A stretch of DNA of 63,799 nt, counting the filler, from Octopus bimaculoides (Eukaryota), in assembly GCF_001194135.2 (NCBI RefSeq). It is 7 parts of 6 records of this genome, joined end to end, with 100 filler letters (N's around TTAATTAATTAA, not from the genome) between each part and the next. Parts side by side here need not be neighbours in the genome. Positions count along the whole stretch, not along the records: positions 1 to 9,650 come from NC_068981.1; positions 9,751 to 17,283 come from NC_068983.1; 5 more parts are not named here. One strand, 5' to 3'. The notes under the pieces were generated by a model. The model worked only from the letters and a program-made list of their open reading frames with translations, did no database searches and had not been told where the DNA came from. This document shows positions 1-11,619 of this stretch, piece after piece (position 1 is the stretch's first letter; each line of letters starts with the position of its first letter). The position numbers and the translations under genes are program-made.

Positions 1-40
<40 letters not shown>

Positions 41-44
<4 letters not shown>

Positions 45-250
45 CTGTCTTTGTCCCCCCAATATCGCTTGACAACCGATGCTGGTGTGTTTACGTCCTT
101 GTAACTTAGCGGTTCGGCACAAGTGACCGATAGAATAAGTACTAGGCATCCAAAGAATAAGTCATGGGGTCGATTTGCTTGACTAAAGGTGGTGCTTCAG
201 CATGGCCACAGTCAAATGACTGAAACAAGTAAAAGAGTAAAGAGTAAAAG
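41..250 (+). mobile_element. 3' half of the abundant tRNA-derived SINE family
   Basis: Near-identical to 10620-10826 (GGGGTCGATTTGC..GACTAAAGG.GGTGCT.CAGCATGGCC.CAGTCAAATGACTGAAACAAGTAAAAGAG). Follows a (TA)n/(TG)n tract. Confidence 0.85.
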
Positions 251-299
251 AATATATAGATATAAATATTTGCTATGTATCGTTTTATTTGATTTTGCC

Positions 300-1168
300 T
301 ACTGATCCTTGAGTAAGTGGTTGTGCCAAGACTGATGAACTTGATCCAGTTAATGTGCTCTTTAAAGATTCCACAGGACTAATGTCCAAAGGAGGAAGTA
401 TTGGCGACAACAGAGCTAAGGCAAATGGACAATAAGGATAGCAAGAGATGGAAAGTCAAGTGGCATGGAACTGCTTGAGATGAGGAGGTATGGGATGACC
501 CAGCTCTATGGAACAGAGACCATCATTGTAGCATTAGAAAAGACAGAGAGAGGAGACAGTATGTCTGTAGGCCAGCAGCTCAAGCACGTCTTAATGATTT
601 AAAGCCAATCAGTCAAGTGACCTTTCTCTGGGTATAAGTCCAGAATGTTTGTGCTTATAACAGTACAGTAGTACCAACCCAGATATGTGAGTAATACTCC
701 ATTGTGGTCTTTACTTGAATCATGTAGAGTGTCAGCAATTGTTGGAGACTGAGATATTGCTGACCCTGAAGAGAAAGGCCACACTTTGGGCTTTGGGATA
801 TGGTCCAAGATATGTTAAGGATGTGCTTTCACCAAGAAAGATTTGTGATGATAGTGAGACTTAGCACTTGCAATGACCAAGAGGGTTTTAAATGGGTGTT
901 GCTCGTGTTTAGGAGTGTGGTGGTATTTTTTTAATGGGACTAGCCCTGATGCTTTTGTTGTTAGACGGGACAAGACCACTATGGTTCCACTGGAGGATGC
1001 TCTCAAGGTCTCCATTCGTAGAATAATTGTGTTGTGTCCAAGCCGCAGGTTATGTATCGTTGGGGAAATGAAGAGTCATAGCATCTGCATAAGAGTGGGT
1101 GTTGTTGGATGTGGTGGCAACATCATTAATCCTTTGGGATTACCACTTTCAGATGATAGAGGAGATTG
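300..1168 (-). mobile_element. Decayed CR1/L2-group LINE, RT C-terminal fragment
   Basis: Minus-strand translation across stops and frameshifts gives INDVATTSNNTHSYADAMTLH (YADD-like), NGDLESILQWNH and TMEYYSHIWVG, all typical of CR1/L2 ORF2. Confidence 0.7.
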
Positions 1169-1364
1169 AAGAAATTTCACAATGAAAACTGTGCACTACT
1201 CCCAAAAACATGTTTCAGGATATATTAAAAAGCTGAAAAAAATGTTGGAAGCAGTGTCTCAATAGTGGAGGGAAATATTTTGAAGGAGACAAGTTTCATT
1301 AAAGTCTAAGTAACATAATTATATATTTTTAAAAAGTCAAACTTCTTTTTGAACAGACCTTGTG
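1169..1364 (+). mobile_element. 3' end fragment of a mariner element
   Basis: Translates as ..KKCWKQCLNSGGKYFEGDKFH*, the mariner transposase C-terminus. A TIR-like AAAGTCAAACTTCTTTTTGAACAGACC follows. Confidence 0.65.
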
Positions 1365-1525
1365 AATCTTAAGACTTTAAGTACCTATACATTGTCTCTG
1401 TCAACTCACAGACCCTTGAGCCAATGAAGAAGCCTCTAAGACTTAGTGGTCCCTTGACTTGCTAGAAATAGAAGCCAAATCTCATTCAAATCACACTCTA
1501 CCATCCTAAAGAAGAGAGGATTATA

Positions 1526-1741
1526 TTAACTCTTTTGATACCAACCAGTCCAAGTTCTATAACATAAACTTCCTGCTTTAAAGTAATCTAAACTAAGGCC
1601 TTCCATTAAAACTTCATGTCAATTTATTTTCCCAAACTCAGCTTAATAATGACAGCTATTTAACTAAGTTCTTTATTAATTTCAAAATTAAGTGAAACAA
1701 AGGCAGTATATTTCAAAAGAAATATGTAAGAAAAGGGTTAA
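1526..1741. mobile_element. piggyBac-type MITE, copy 1
   Basis: TTAA-CTCTTTTG...AAAAGGG-TTAA ends. Internal sequence is homologous to 2142-2369 and 27668-27884. Confidence 0.7.
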
Positions 1742-2141
1742 GTAAAATAGTCCTACATATCCCTAAAACATACAATGGTCACGATTGGAGTGCTATTGAT
1801 CATAGCTTTGCTCAATCAGCTTTGACCTTGGGCTAAACAACTAACTGATCTTTTTTTAAAATGGAGAATTAATATAGATGTCAAATGTTTTCCCATGGGC
1901 ATTAGCAGAATAAATTAAATGAAATTACTTAAACTGAGAAATAGCTGCAGTCTCAGTTTGCTATTAGCCAGCCCAGCAGTTTTTAAATGATATGCTACAG
2001 CATACCAGTGCACTGCAAGATTTTCAAGTATATTCTTAAAAGTGCAACTTAAAACTTTAGAGAATCCATTACAATACTTCAGCATGATTAAATAAAACAA
2101 GATAAGCAACAGTTTTCTAAATTTTATCTAAATTTTTAACT

Positions 2142-2369
2142 TTAACCCTTTTGATATCAACCTACCAGAGACCATCCCTGGTTCTATGATACAAATTTGT
2201 TTTCTTTTTTTAAGTGGTCTGAATAAAAAGCTTCCATCAGAATTTCATGTCAATTTATATTCAAAAGCCCAGCATAATAATAACTAAGTTATTTTACTAA
2301 AATCTTCATTTCTAAAATTAATTGAAATAAAGGAAGTGGATTTCAACAGAAATATAACAAAAGGGTTAA
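2142..2369. mobile_element. piggyBac-type MITE, copy 2
   Basis: TTAA-CCCTTTTG...CAAAAGGG-TTAA: CCCT/AGGG termini with a TTAA target duplication. Confidence 0.75.
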
Positions 2370-2711
2370 AACATTTGATTGTAAGTGCTCCAGTAATGTT
2401 TTAACTTCATAGACACTAGCAGGGATATATGATTAAGTTCACTTTTGAATGACATGGCTTCAGGTTCAATCCCACAGTACAGTGCCTTGGGCAACTTCTA
2501 ATAGGCCTCAGTTTGACAAATAACTTGTGAATGAAATTTAGAAGATAAAAACTGTAGAAAAGCCTGTCATTCATGCATGTATGTATGTATGTATGCATGT
2601 ATGTATGCATGTGTGTATGCATGTGTGCATGTATGTGTGCATATATGTATGTACTTACATAAGCATGTATGTGTGTATGTGCATGTATATATAAATATAT
2701 ACATATATATA

Positions 2712-3996
2712 TTGGGTTGTCCGGAAAGTTTGTGCCGATTTATAGTAGCTTACCTTTCGACTTATTTTAGAACATGGTTGAGTCCATAAAATAGGATTTG
2801 ACTACACCTCCATTTAGAGCACAGTTTAAGCTATCTTTTCGTGGAAGAAGGTTTATGTTCCTATAACCTGTGTTAGTTCTGTAACCCTTTAAAATGGAAG
2901 ATAAGAAAGTTCATTTTCGGCACTTGATGCTTTTCTTTTTCCATAAAGAGAAAAAATGTCTCACAAGCAACCAAAGAAATATGCACAGTTTATGGTGATG
3001 TTTCTTTATCTGAAAAAACTGTATGGAAGTGGTTCGTGAGGTTTTGAGCTGGAGATTGTAGCCTTATTGATAAAGAGCGATCAGGCAGACCATCCACTAC
3101 AGATGATGACCAAATCAAGTCATTAACTGAGAATAACCCACATTGCACAACCCGAGAATTGGCAGAAAGCCTCAACCTATCAAAATCTGTCGTTCATGAG
3201 CACCTGGTAAAGCTTGGGTACACAAATCGCTATGATGTTTGGGTACCACATGAGTTGAGTCAGAAGAACCTTTTCGATCACATTTCCATCTGTGATTTGC
3301 TTTATAAACGGAATGAAAACACACCTTTTTTAAAGCAAATTGTGACAGGTGATGAGAAATGGATTATCTACCAAAATGTTCAGAGAAAGCGATCCTGGAG
3401 TAAGCGATATGAGCCACCCTTAGCCACCCCAAAAGCGGGTCTTCACCCTAAAAATGTCTTACTTTGTGTTTGGTGGGATTGGAAAGGAATTCTGTACTAT
3501 GCACTTCTCCCAAGTAACCAGACAATTAATTCTGAGAAATACTGCACACAACTGGATGAGTTAAAAGCAGCAATTCAAGAGAAACATCCAGAATTGGCCA
3601 ACAGAAAGGGTGTTGTTTTCCAACATGATAATGCAAGACCACACGTTTCTTTGGGAACCAGACGAAAATTGCTGCAGCTTGGCTAGGATGTGTTACCCCA
3701 CCCTACATATTCACCAGATATTGCTCCTTCGTATTTCCACTTATTCAGGTCTGTGCAGAATAGTCTTAATGGTAAAAATTTCAATTCCTTGGATGACGTA
3801 AAAAGATCGCTTGATGAATTCTTTACCATAAAACCACCTCAATTCTGGGAAGAAGGTATTTTCACGTTAAAGGAAAGATGGAGACACATTGTGCAACAAA
3901 ATGGTTCATATTTGGTTGATTAAAAATGTAATGGCAAGTATTTATTGACCTTTTTCTTTCCTTTAAAAATCAGTACGAACTTTCCGGACAACCCAA
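2712..3996 (+). mobile_element. Full-length (1285 bp) mariner transposon, mellifera-like subfamily
   Basis: 30-bp TIRs TTGGGTTGTCCGGAAAGTT.. (3 mismatches) and TA on both sides. Sits in a (TA)n tract. Confidence 0.95.
2894..3923 (+). pseudogene. Inactivated mariner transposase
   Basis: MEDKKVHFRHLMLF start, WVPHEL, TGDEKW, QHDNARPH, YSPDIAPS. N-terminal frameshift, TAG at 3684-3686, and the third catalytic Asp reads Tyr (APSYFHLF). Confidence 0.92.
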
Positions 3997-4345
3997 TATA
4001 TATATATATATATATCATCATCATGATCATTTGATATCCACTTTCCCATGCTTCCATGTGTCAGACAGAATTTGCTGAGGCAGATTTTTCTATAGCTCAA
4101 TGGCCTTCCTGTTGCCAACCCTTTCCTGTTTTCAAGTCAGACTAGCCATGTTTTTTCACAAAATACTGGAAATGAACATGGTTTGTGTAACAATGACACT
4201 CGTTCAAACACACACACATACACATATGACAAGCTCCTTTCAGTTTCTGTCTACCAAGTCCACTCACAAGGCTTAGGTCAGCCCAGGGCTATAAAAGAAG
4301 GCATTTGCCCAAGGTTCCACATAGTGGGGCTCAACCACACAGATA

Positions 4346-4392
<47 letters not shown>

Positions 4393-4665
4393 ATGCATGG
4401 ATGTATGTGTTTGCTTCTATATATCTTCACATTGATACAGATCAGGCAGGGATGTTTGATTATGTTTGGCATAAACAATGTTGTTCAGGTTGGCAGTTCA
4501 ACATGCAAATACCTTGGGGTTCCCAGCCATAAAAGAGTGTGTCAAGAAGTTTTGTCCAGCCCCACCAAAAATAATAAATAAATGAGATAGCAACAACAAC
4601 AACAACAAAAATGATGATCTACAGTGTGCCATGAAGTCAAAAACATTGAGAACCACTGAGCTAAC

Positions 4666-4705
4666 CTCAAGGTCAATGGTACTTGGTGCATCAAAGTAAG
4701 AACAG
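4666..4705 (-). CDS. Putative exon 3 of a small host gene (..C-CSYFDAPSTIDLE)
   Basis: Acceptor CATCTGTAG| and donor |GTTAGC. 40 bp (1 + 13 codons), phase-compatible with the exon at 5053-5117. Confidence 0.42.
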
Positions 4706-5052
4706 CTACAGATGCATAGAGTGGGGAAGCATAATTTATAGAATTCACACACAGTTAAGTATATTAGTGATACATATTTTTATCAACATCAGCAGAATGA
4801 AAGGTCAAGCTGACCATAGTGAGATTCGAAGGAAGAACACATAAGATTGTAACTAAATACAGTAAGACATTTTGTCTGGCATTCCACTATTGATGTCACT
4901 CACTGCCATAATCTTAAGTGAAAAAAAAAAAATAGAGAGAGAGTACAAAACAAATATAGTATTAAAACCATACAATAACGTTTCAGTAAATAATGTTAAG
5001 TAATAGTGAAAAGTAACATAAAATATAAAAATTGTACATATAATCCTTTTAC

Positions 5053-5117
5053 CATTTCTCCATATGCACTTTTTTAAAGAATTGTTCAGAGCTGTTTACA
5101 TAACACCATTTTCTTAC
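5053..5117 (-). CDS. Putative exon 2 of a small host gene (VRKWCYVNSSEQFFKKVHMEK)
   Basis: AG|...|GTAAAA, 65 bp, open in phase 0 to 2. The acceptor has a weak pyrimidine tract. Confidence 0.42.
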
Positions 5118-5181
5118 CTACACTATAGTTATTATTATTATTATTATTTAAAAAATTATATATAAAGATATGTATGTATGC

Positions 5182-5212
<31 letters not shown>

Positions 5213-5371
5213 NNNNNNNNNNNNNNNNNNNNNNNNNNNNNNNNNNNNNNNNNNNNNNNNNNNNNNNNNNNNNNNNNNNNNNNNNNNNNNNNNNNNNNNN
5301 NNNNNNNNNNNNNNNNNNNNNNNNNNNNNNNNNNNNNNNNNNNNNNNNNNNNNNNNNNNNNNNNNNNNNNN

Positions 5372-5423
<52 letters not shown>

Positions 5424-5869
5424 CTTTTGCAGCAAACAATGTGGGTCTGAGACTAAAGTGTTAACAGTATAACAATCTGGTGCTGCAAAAAGGATGTTAT
5501 TTCAATGGAAGGAGGGGTATGCAATGGTAAAAGTGAATGTGAGAGGGGAACATTGAACTGACTCTGTTAGACAGATTTCCTGGAAGACAGAATATTATCT
5601 GAAGACAGTAGATGGGAGGTATCAGTTAAAAATAAATGCTGCTGTCACCATTTTAAATTTTATGATAAAAACGACCCCACTATCATCATCATCATCACCA
5701 TTACTACCACCAGACAACAAGAAAACCTCTATGCAGCTTGCAAGAAATAAAAACCAAATCTATCTTAAATCACACTATTGCTTAAAGAAATGCAACAAGC
5801 TTTTGATCAGACATCTGTTGAGCTGACTTGAGATTGACACAAACTACAATTATAATCATATGTTACATC

Positions 5870-6180
5870 ATCACTTAACATCCGTTTTCCATGTTGGCAT
5901 GGGTTGGACAGTTTCACTGAAGCTGGTAAGACCAGGGGTCACACCAGGCTCCGTTGTCCGTTCTGGCATGGTTTCTACAGCTGTATGTCCTTCCTAATGC
6001 CAACAGAGTGTACTGGATGCTTTTATGTGGCACCAGCACCAGTGCTTTTTATATGGCAGCAGCACCAATGCTTTTTACGTGGCACTAGTACCAGTGCTTT
6101 TTATGTGCCACAAGCACTAGTACTTTTTAAATGGCACCAATGTTTTTTTTATGTGGCACCAGCACCAGTACAGTACATAT
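5870..6180 (-). mobile_element. RTE-type 3' tail / RTE-tailed SINE fragment
   Basis: Homologous (reverse) to the RTE tail at 41280-41457. Contains the GGCACCAG internal repeats seen in other copies. Confidence 0.6.
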
Positions 6181-6462
6181 ATATACATATATACGTATAT
6201 ATACATATATACATATATATATANNNNNNNNNNNNNNNNNNNNNNNNNNNNNNNNNNNNNNNNNNNNNNNNNNNNNNNNNNNNNNNNNNNNNNNNNNNNN
6301 NNNNNNNNNNNNNNNNNNNNNNNTATTATTATTATTATTATTATTATTCAGGTCACTGCCTGAAATCGAACTTTGAGTTTGATTCCAGTCAGTGACCTGA
6401 ATAATAAAAATAATATCGAAAAATACCTTAGGAATGAGAACCCAGGTTCGAAATTTCTCCAA

Positions 6463-6508
6463 GACACCTGATGAAGGCTGGAGGGTATATCAGCCGAAAC
6501 GTTGTTTT
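6463..6508 (+). ncRNA. Minimal type I hammerhead ribozyme motif in a short Penelope-like terminal-repeat relic
   Basis: GACAC-CUGAUGA(A)-GGCUG..CAGCC-GAAAC-GUU-GUUUU. Stem III is the palindrome AACGUU. Stem I has one mismatch. Confidence 0.7.
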
Positions 6509-6569
6509 AACAACAAACACAAATGTAAATAATGTATATCCCACCATGATTGACCACTGAACTCCACAG

Positions 6570-6975
6570 TTTTTCTCTCTCCGTTTTTTTCCTCCTATTC
6601 CTTTCTGTCAAAGAGCGTAGGCTTGAAACGTAAAAGACTTTTCCCATTTTCCCAGAGCGTTAAACTAATACACCTGCTTGCTGTTCCTACACCTGTCTTC
6701 GTTTTACTTTTTTTTTTTTTGTTTTGTAAATTTGAACTATATATAGATATATTTCAATCAGCCTGCTTTTCGTTCTTTCATCATGTTGAACCGTTAATCC
6801 CTAAATTTTTTCTCCCTCTCTGGTTCTTTTCATTCTCTCTCCTTTTTCCTCTTAATCCTTTGTCGAAGAGCGTAGGCTCAAAACGTAAAAGACTTTTCCA
6901 GTCTTCCCAAGCGTTAAACTAATACACCTGCTTGTTCTTACACCTGTCTTCGTCTTTTGTTTTCAGTAAATCTGT
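6570..6975 (+). repeat. Tandem dimer (255-bp spacing), each unit carrying a degenerate hammerhead-like motif
   Basis: GAGC-GTAG-GCTY-(G/A)AAAC-GTA-AAAG at 6613 and 6868. Both units share the downstream GCGTTAAACTAATACACCTGCTTG..CACCTGTCTTCG. Confidence 0.65.
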
Positions 6976-7879
6976 ATGATATATATATACGGGGCGGGGG
7001 GACAGGGATATTGCTATATATACCACGGGCTTTTTTCACTTTCCATCTACCACACTAAGATTTTGATCGACCCGGAGCTAAAGTAGAAAACACTTGTCCA
7101 AGTGACTGAACACAAAACTACATGGTTGGGAAGTGAACTTCTCCACAGCAAGCATACACGTGCCTATAAGTACGTGTGTTGTCTTGTAATTTCTTACAAA
7201 TGGTGTACTCCAGTTTTTCGATCAACAGACGCCTGTGTCCTTAATATAATTTTCAGACAGAATCAGCGTATGTGTGCGATAAAGGTGTACTTTTTAGAAT
7301 TACATGTACAATCTATCCGTCTGGCTTCCATACAGTTTCTGTTTTTTCCAATTTCATTCACAAGTCCATGATGCCATGACGTGAGAGCGGAACTGGGACT
7401 TCATAGTTTGGAGGGAACTTCTTAACCCTTCACCTATAGTGCAATTACTTTTGCATATTTGCGTTGTGTTACGTAATGTAATTCACCATTCATAATAACT
7501 TTATCAATAACATTTACGCACACACGTGTGAATATGTATACATACATACTACACACAAACACGTTAAATAAATCCTGTAAAATAATTCGTGCATGTTGTA
7601 ATATACTTAGAGTACACCCGCAAGTGTATGCTAATAATATATAATCGAAAATGAAACTATTATGGTTTCGAGAAAAAAAATGCATTTAAGACAGTCTTTA
7701 ATTATATATCATGTTAAATTCAGAAGTTAAAACCTAACCAGCTTATTTACAGTTAAGCAATAATAATTAAAAAAAGTCTTTTTGATCACGAAAAAGTTTT
7801 CAATTACCAATTTTTGTAATTACACATTATAACAAACGGTTGTAAAACTGAAAGTGAGCAAAAATAAAAGCTAACATAC

Positions 7880-7927
7880 CATTTTAGTTCGATCACACAT
7901 TTGTTCGTATTCGTCGTTTTGGGCCAT
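7880..7927 (-). CDS. Putative first coding exon of a small host gene (MAQNDEYEQMCDRTKM)
   Basis: ATG at 7927, 16 codons, strong donor |GTATGT. CpG-containing, non-repeat context. Confidence 0.5.
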
Positions 7928-9650
7928 GAGAGAGGAGAAATACTGCGGTAAAGCAGCAACAGGCTCTTGTTTTGGGTTGTTTTCTAAAAACAACTTCTTT
8001 TTTTTCCTTTTTCGTAATTAAATATTTTGTCTCGCTTTTGTTGTGGTTGATAGTTTCGTTATTAAAACATTATTTGACAGATTCAGGGAGTTAGTTATAA
8101 ACTTTAAGCCTGACTAAAGTTTTAAGAATTTAGAGATGGTAATGGGACATGAGTTGAAGTAGGAAGGCTGGGCGGAAGATTGAGGAAGTAATAGATGGGA
8201 AAAAGAATATGTATGTGTGTGTGACTTAAAGGAGTGGCTTTATTTGTAAAATATCAGTCGCTTGTTAGAGACTACTTTCAACAACTACAACTGCTGAAAT
8301 TACATACTACACGTTCATGCTTTTACATCTTAATATTTTTATAATATAGAAAAATATTGTTTCTTGTCTGAGAGTCACACTTTATGTCGAATTATAAGTG
8401 CCTTTCATTTATTGTTCATTATGCGCGGCCGGCATTTTATTATTGCCTCTATTTGTTGATAGTTTTGTTACGGAACTGACCACAAGTGTATGCAGAGTTG
8501 GTCAGTTTCTTTTGCACCCTCCAAGTGTATGGCATCGATTTTCGAAGATTTAATATCCAAAACTTGGTAAAATATATAACGACAAGGAAAGTAATTTTGA
8601 GGAGGGAACTTCAGGCAGATGCAGTCTTTAACGGAGACATATTGTTACGGAGGCAAACTCTCCTTCTCGATGATCGATCGGATCGAAGTGGTAAAGAGGG
8701 TGACCGTCGACAACGATTATCGCGTGCACGTGACCACCATTACTGTCGCTACCGACAACCAAAGCAGCAGTTAAGGATGTAAATGACTGACTATGTACCG
8801 ACTGAACTATTGCGGGCGGACGATCATCCTCCAACCACTGCAGAAAGAAAACAAACACAAACGTAAAAATGCATTCCATCTAGACCACATCCTTAGCAGT
8901 CTCTCATCAGACACCATGAAAACAATACGGAAACCAATCAAAACACGAAGGAGTTATTACTGCTCACCAAAATCTTCAACCGTAAAATCGAAAAGTAGTT
9001 GAAATCATCTCAATTTTAATGTCCAACCCAATCAAAAGAGCCTAACTCTCCTATATACACCTTTAAAATCTCTATGATGGACCTGTCTCCAGTTCACAAC
9101 CGGGATTCAGACCATTACACTACTTAGGAAACCCTACACAAAAGTACAAAATAAACAAACAAGATGAAATGCACACACGCACCATCCGAATTATCATTCG
9201 ATTGAGTTCCAGCCGTCTCATTTACACATATCTAGTATATATATCGCGATAAATACATAAGATCAGGTAGTTTCATCGCATGCCAATAACATCATTGTTA
9301 AATTCGTTGTCTTACTTTTTGAATAAATACATCACTAAATATTATTTAAAGTTTATTCGCCAACCAAGTACGTCACATTTCATTAACAAGGAAAAAATAA
9401 TTTAAAGACAATGTTAATATCAAATTTACGTAATATATACATTGAGAAAAAAATCGAAGTTTTAAAAATAGAATTACAAAAAGAAAATACAATAAAAAGT
9501 TAAGGTGGACATTGGAATTAGACACTGAGGGAAAATGGCTGTAACTTTTTTATTTTTTAATTTTGACGATTTTCGTTTTCGATAATGTGTTCTATATGTC
9601 ACGGTCATGCGATTCCCCCTAAAAAGAATTTTGGACCCCATCCCTCCCCC

Positions 9651-9750
9651 NNNNNNNNNNNNNNNNNNNNNNNNNNNNNNNNNNNNNNNNNNNNTTAATT
9701 AATTAANNNNNNNNNNNNNNNNNNNNNNNNNNNNNNNNNNNNNNNNNNNN
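9651..9750. other. Assembly join marker (44N-TTAATTAATTAA-44N)
   Basis: The identical 100-bp structure recurs at 17284, 49150, 57013, 59562 and 61893. TTAATTAATTAA gives stops in all six frames. Confidence 0.95.
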
Positions 9751-9833
<83 letters not shown>

Positions 9834-9845
9834 AAGAAGGAGAAG
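9751..9845. repeat. Compound (AAT)n-(AAG)n microsatellite
   Basis: Seen directly. Confidence 0.95.
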
Positions 9846-10449
9846 AAAGTTTCGTATTACAGCTAAATGTTTTGGTTGTGTGGTTAAGAAGTTCGCTTTC
9901 CAGCCATGTAGTTTGGGGTTTCAGTCCCATGGTGCGGCATCTTGGGCAAGCAGTGTCAAGTACAATAGCTAATATCTTGTGAGTGAATTTGATAGACAGA
10001 AACTGTAAGGAAGTTCATCATATATACACACATATATGTACCTCTAAGTGAGTACGTGTTTGTCCCCACACTGCTTGACAACCGACGTTGCTTTGTTTAC
10101 GTCGCCATAACTAAGCGGTTCAGCAAAAGAGTCCAAAAGAATAAGTACCTGACTTCAAAAAAAAAAAAATACTGGGGTCGGTTTGTTCGACTATACCCTT
10201 CAAGGCGGTGCCCCAGCATGGCCGCAGTCCAATGACTGAAACAAGCAGGATATGATGAATGAGTTATTAAGGTGAACGAAGTTCAATGAAAATAAGTTCA
10301 CATACACAGGTGAATAGAATCACAGTTTATTCAGATATTAGCTAATAGTCCTGGGGTCGATTTGTTCGACTAAAGGCGGTACTCCAGCATGGCCGCAGTC
10401 AAATGACAGAAACAAATAAAAGAATGAAAGATATATATACATACATTAG

Positions 10450-10826
10450 CTTGCTTACGAACAGCATGGATCCGGGTTCAGTCCCACTGCGTGGCACCTT
10501 GGGCAAGTGTCTTCTACTACAGCCTCGGGCCGACCAAAGCCTTGTGAGTTGATTTGGTAGACGGAAACTGAAAGAAGGCCGTCGTATATATGTATATGTA
10601 TATATATGTGTGTGTTTGTGTGTCTGTGTTCGTGCCCCCCAACATCGTTTGACAACCGATGCTGGTGTGCTTACGTCCCCGTAACTTAGGGTTCGGCAAA
10701 AGAGACCGACAGAATAAGTACTAGGCTTACAAAGAATAAGTCATGGGGTCGATTTGCTCGACTAAAGGCGGTGCTCCAGCATGGCCGCAGTCAAATGACT
10801 GAAACAAGTAAAAGGGTAAAAGAGTA
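10450..10826 (+). mobile_element. Near full-length tRNA-derived SINE with internal (TA/TG) microsatellite and CR1-like tail
   Basis: B-box-like GGTTCAGTCCC, body GGGCAAGTGTCTTCTACTA..GACGGAAACTGAAAGAAG, tail GGCGGTGCTCCAGCATGGCCGCAG. Many partial copies in the window. Confidence 0.85.
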
Positions 10827-11374
10827 TATATATATANNNNNNNNNNNNNNNNNNNNNNNNNNNNNNNNNNNNNNNNNNNNNNNNNNNNNNNNNNNNNNNN
10901 NNNNNNNNNNNNNNNNNNNNNNNNNNNNNNNNNNNNNNNNNNNNNNNNNNNNNNNNNNNNNNNNNNNNNNNNNNNNNNNNNNNNNNNNNNNNNNNNNNNN
11001 NNNNNNNNNNNNNNNNNNNNNNNNNNNNNNNNNNNNNNNNNNNNNNNNNNNNNNNNNNNNNNNNNNNNNNNNNNNNNNNNNNNNNNNNNNNNNNNNNNNN
11101 NNNNNNNNNNNNNNNNNNNNNNNNNNNNNNNNNNNNNNNNNNNNNNNNNNNNNNNNNNNNNNGGTGCAGCAACGAATACGTCACACTGTTTCATGAATAT
11201 GGATAAAACATTTTAGTTAAATTCAATGGAAGTTTCGTGCTAATTTAATAAGAAGCAAAAAGGAGATAATTACTCGGCTGTGTGGATTAGAAATTTGTTT
11301 GCCACCGCTTGGTTTTGAGTTTAGTTACATTACACGGCACCTGGCGCAAACCTGACCAATTGCCTTGTGAGTGA

Positions 11375-11530
11375 ATTTGGTTGGCGGAAACGTTAGCACG
11401 CCAGGTGAAATGCTTAGTGGTATTTCGTCTGCCGTTACATTCTGAGTTCAAATTCCGCCGAGGTCGACTTTGCCTTTCATCCTTTCGGGGTCGATGAATT
11501 AAGTACCAGTTACGCACTGGGGTCGATGTC
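11375..11530 (+). mobile_element. Fragment of a second SINE family
   Basis: GAAATGCTTAG.GGTATTTCGTCTGCCG..TTCATCCTTTCGGGGTCGAT.AATTAAGTACC. Same family as 38173-38393 and 16690-17075. Confidence 0.8.
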
Positions 11531-11619
11531 AGGAGACAGAATGAAAAGAGGCACATGAAGATTTGTACAAAAGAAGAAGAAGAAGAAGAAGAAGAAGAAG
11601 AAGAAGAAGAAGAGGAACT

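Noticed and set aside
1915-2109. ORF ..LANSKLRLQ.. as the fourth exon of the minus-strand gene
   Set aside because: No phase-0 acceptor gives a sensible open exon. Candidate acceptors hit stops within a few codons.
8870-8915. Minus-strand CUGAUGA-GAGAC..GUCU as a hammerhead
   Set aside because: GAAA is absent after stem II and there is no stem I or III.
8486-9002. ORFs 8486-8782 and 8793-9002 as host genes
   Set aside because: Short, with no identifiable domain. The most protein-like frame is interrupted by stops.
9695-9706. TTAATTAATTAA recurring six times inside N runs
   Set aside because: It is always centred in exactly 44+44 Ns, so it is a scaffolding spacer and not biology. It also means neighbours across these points may not be contiguous.
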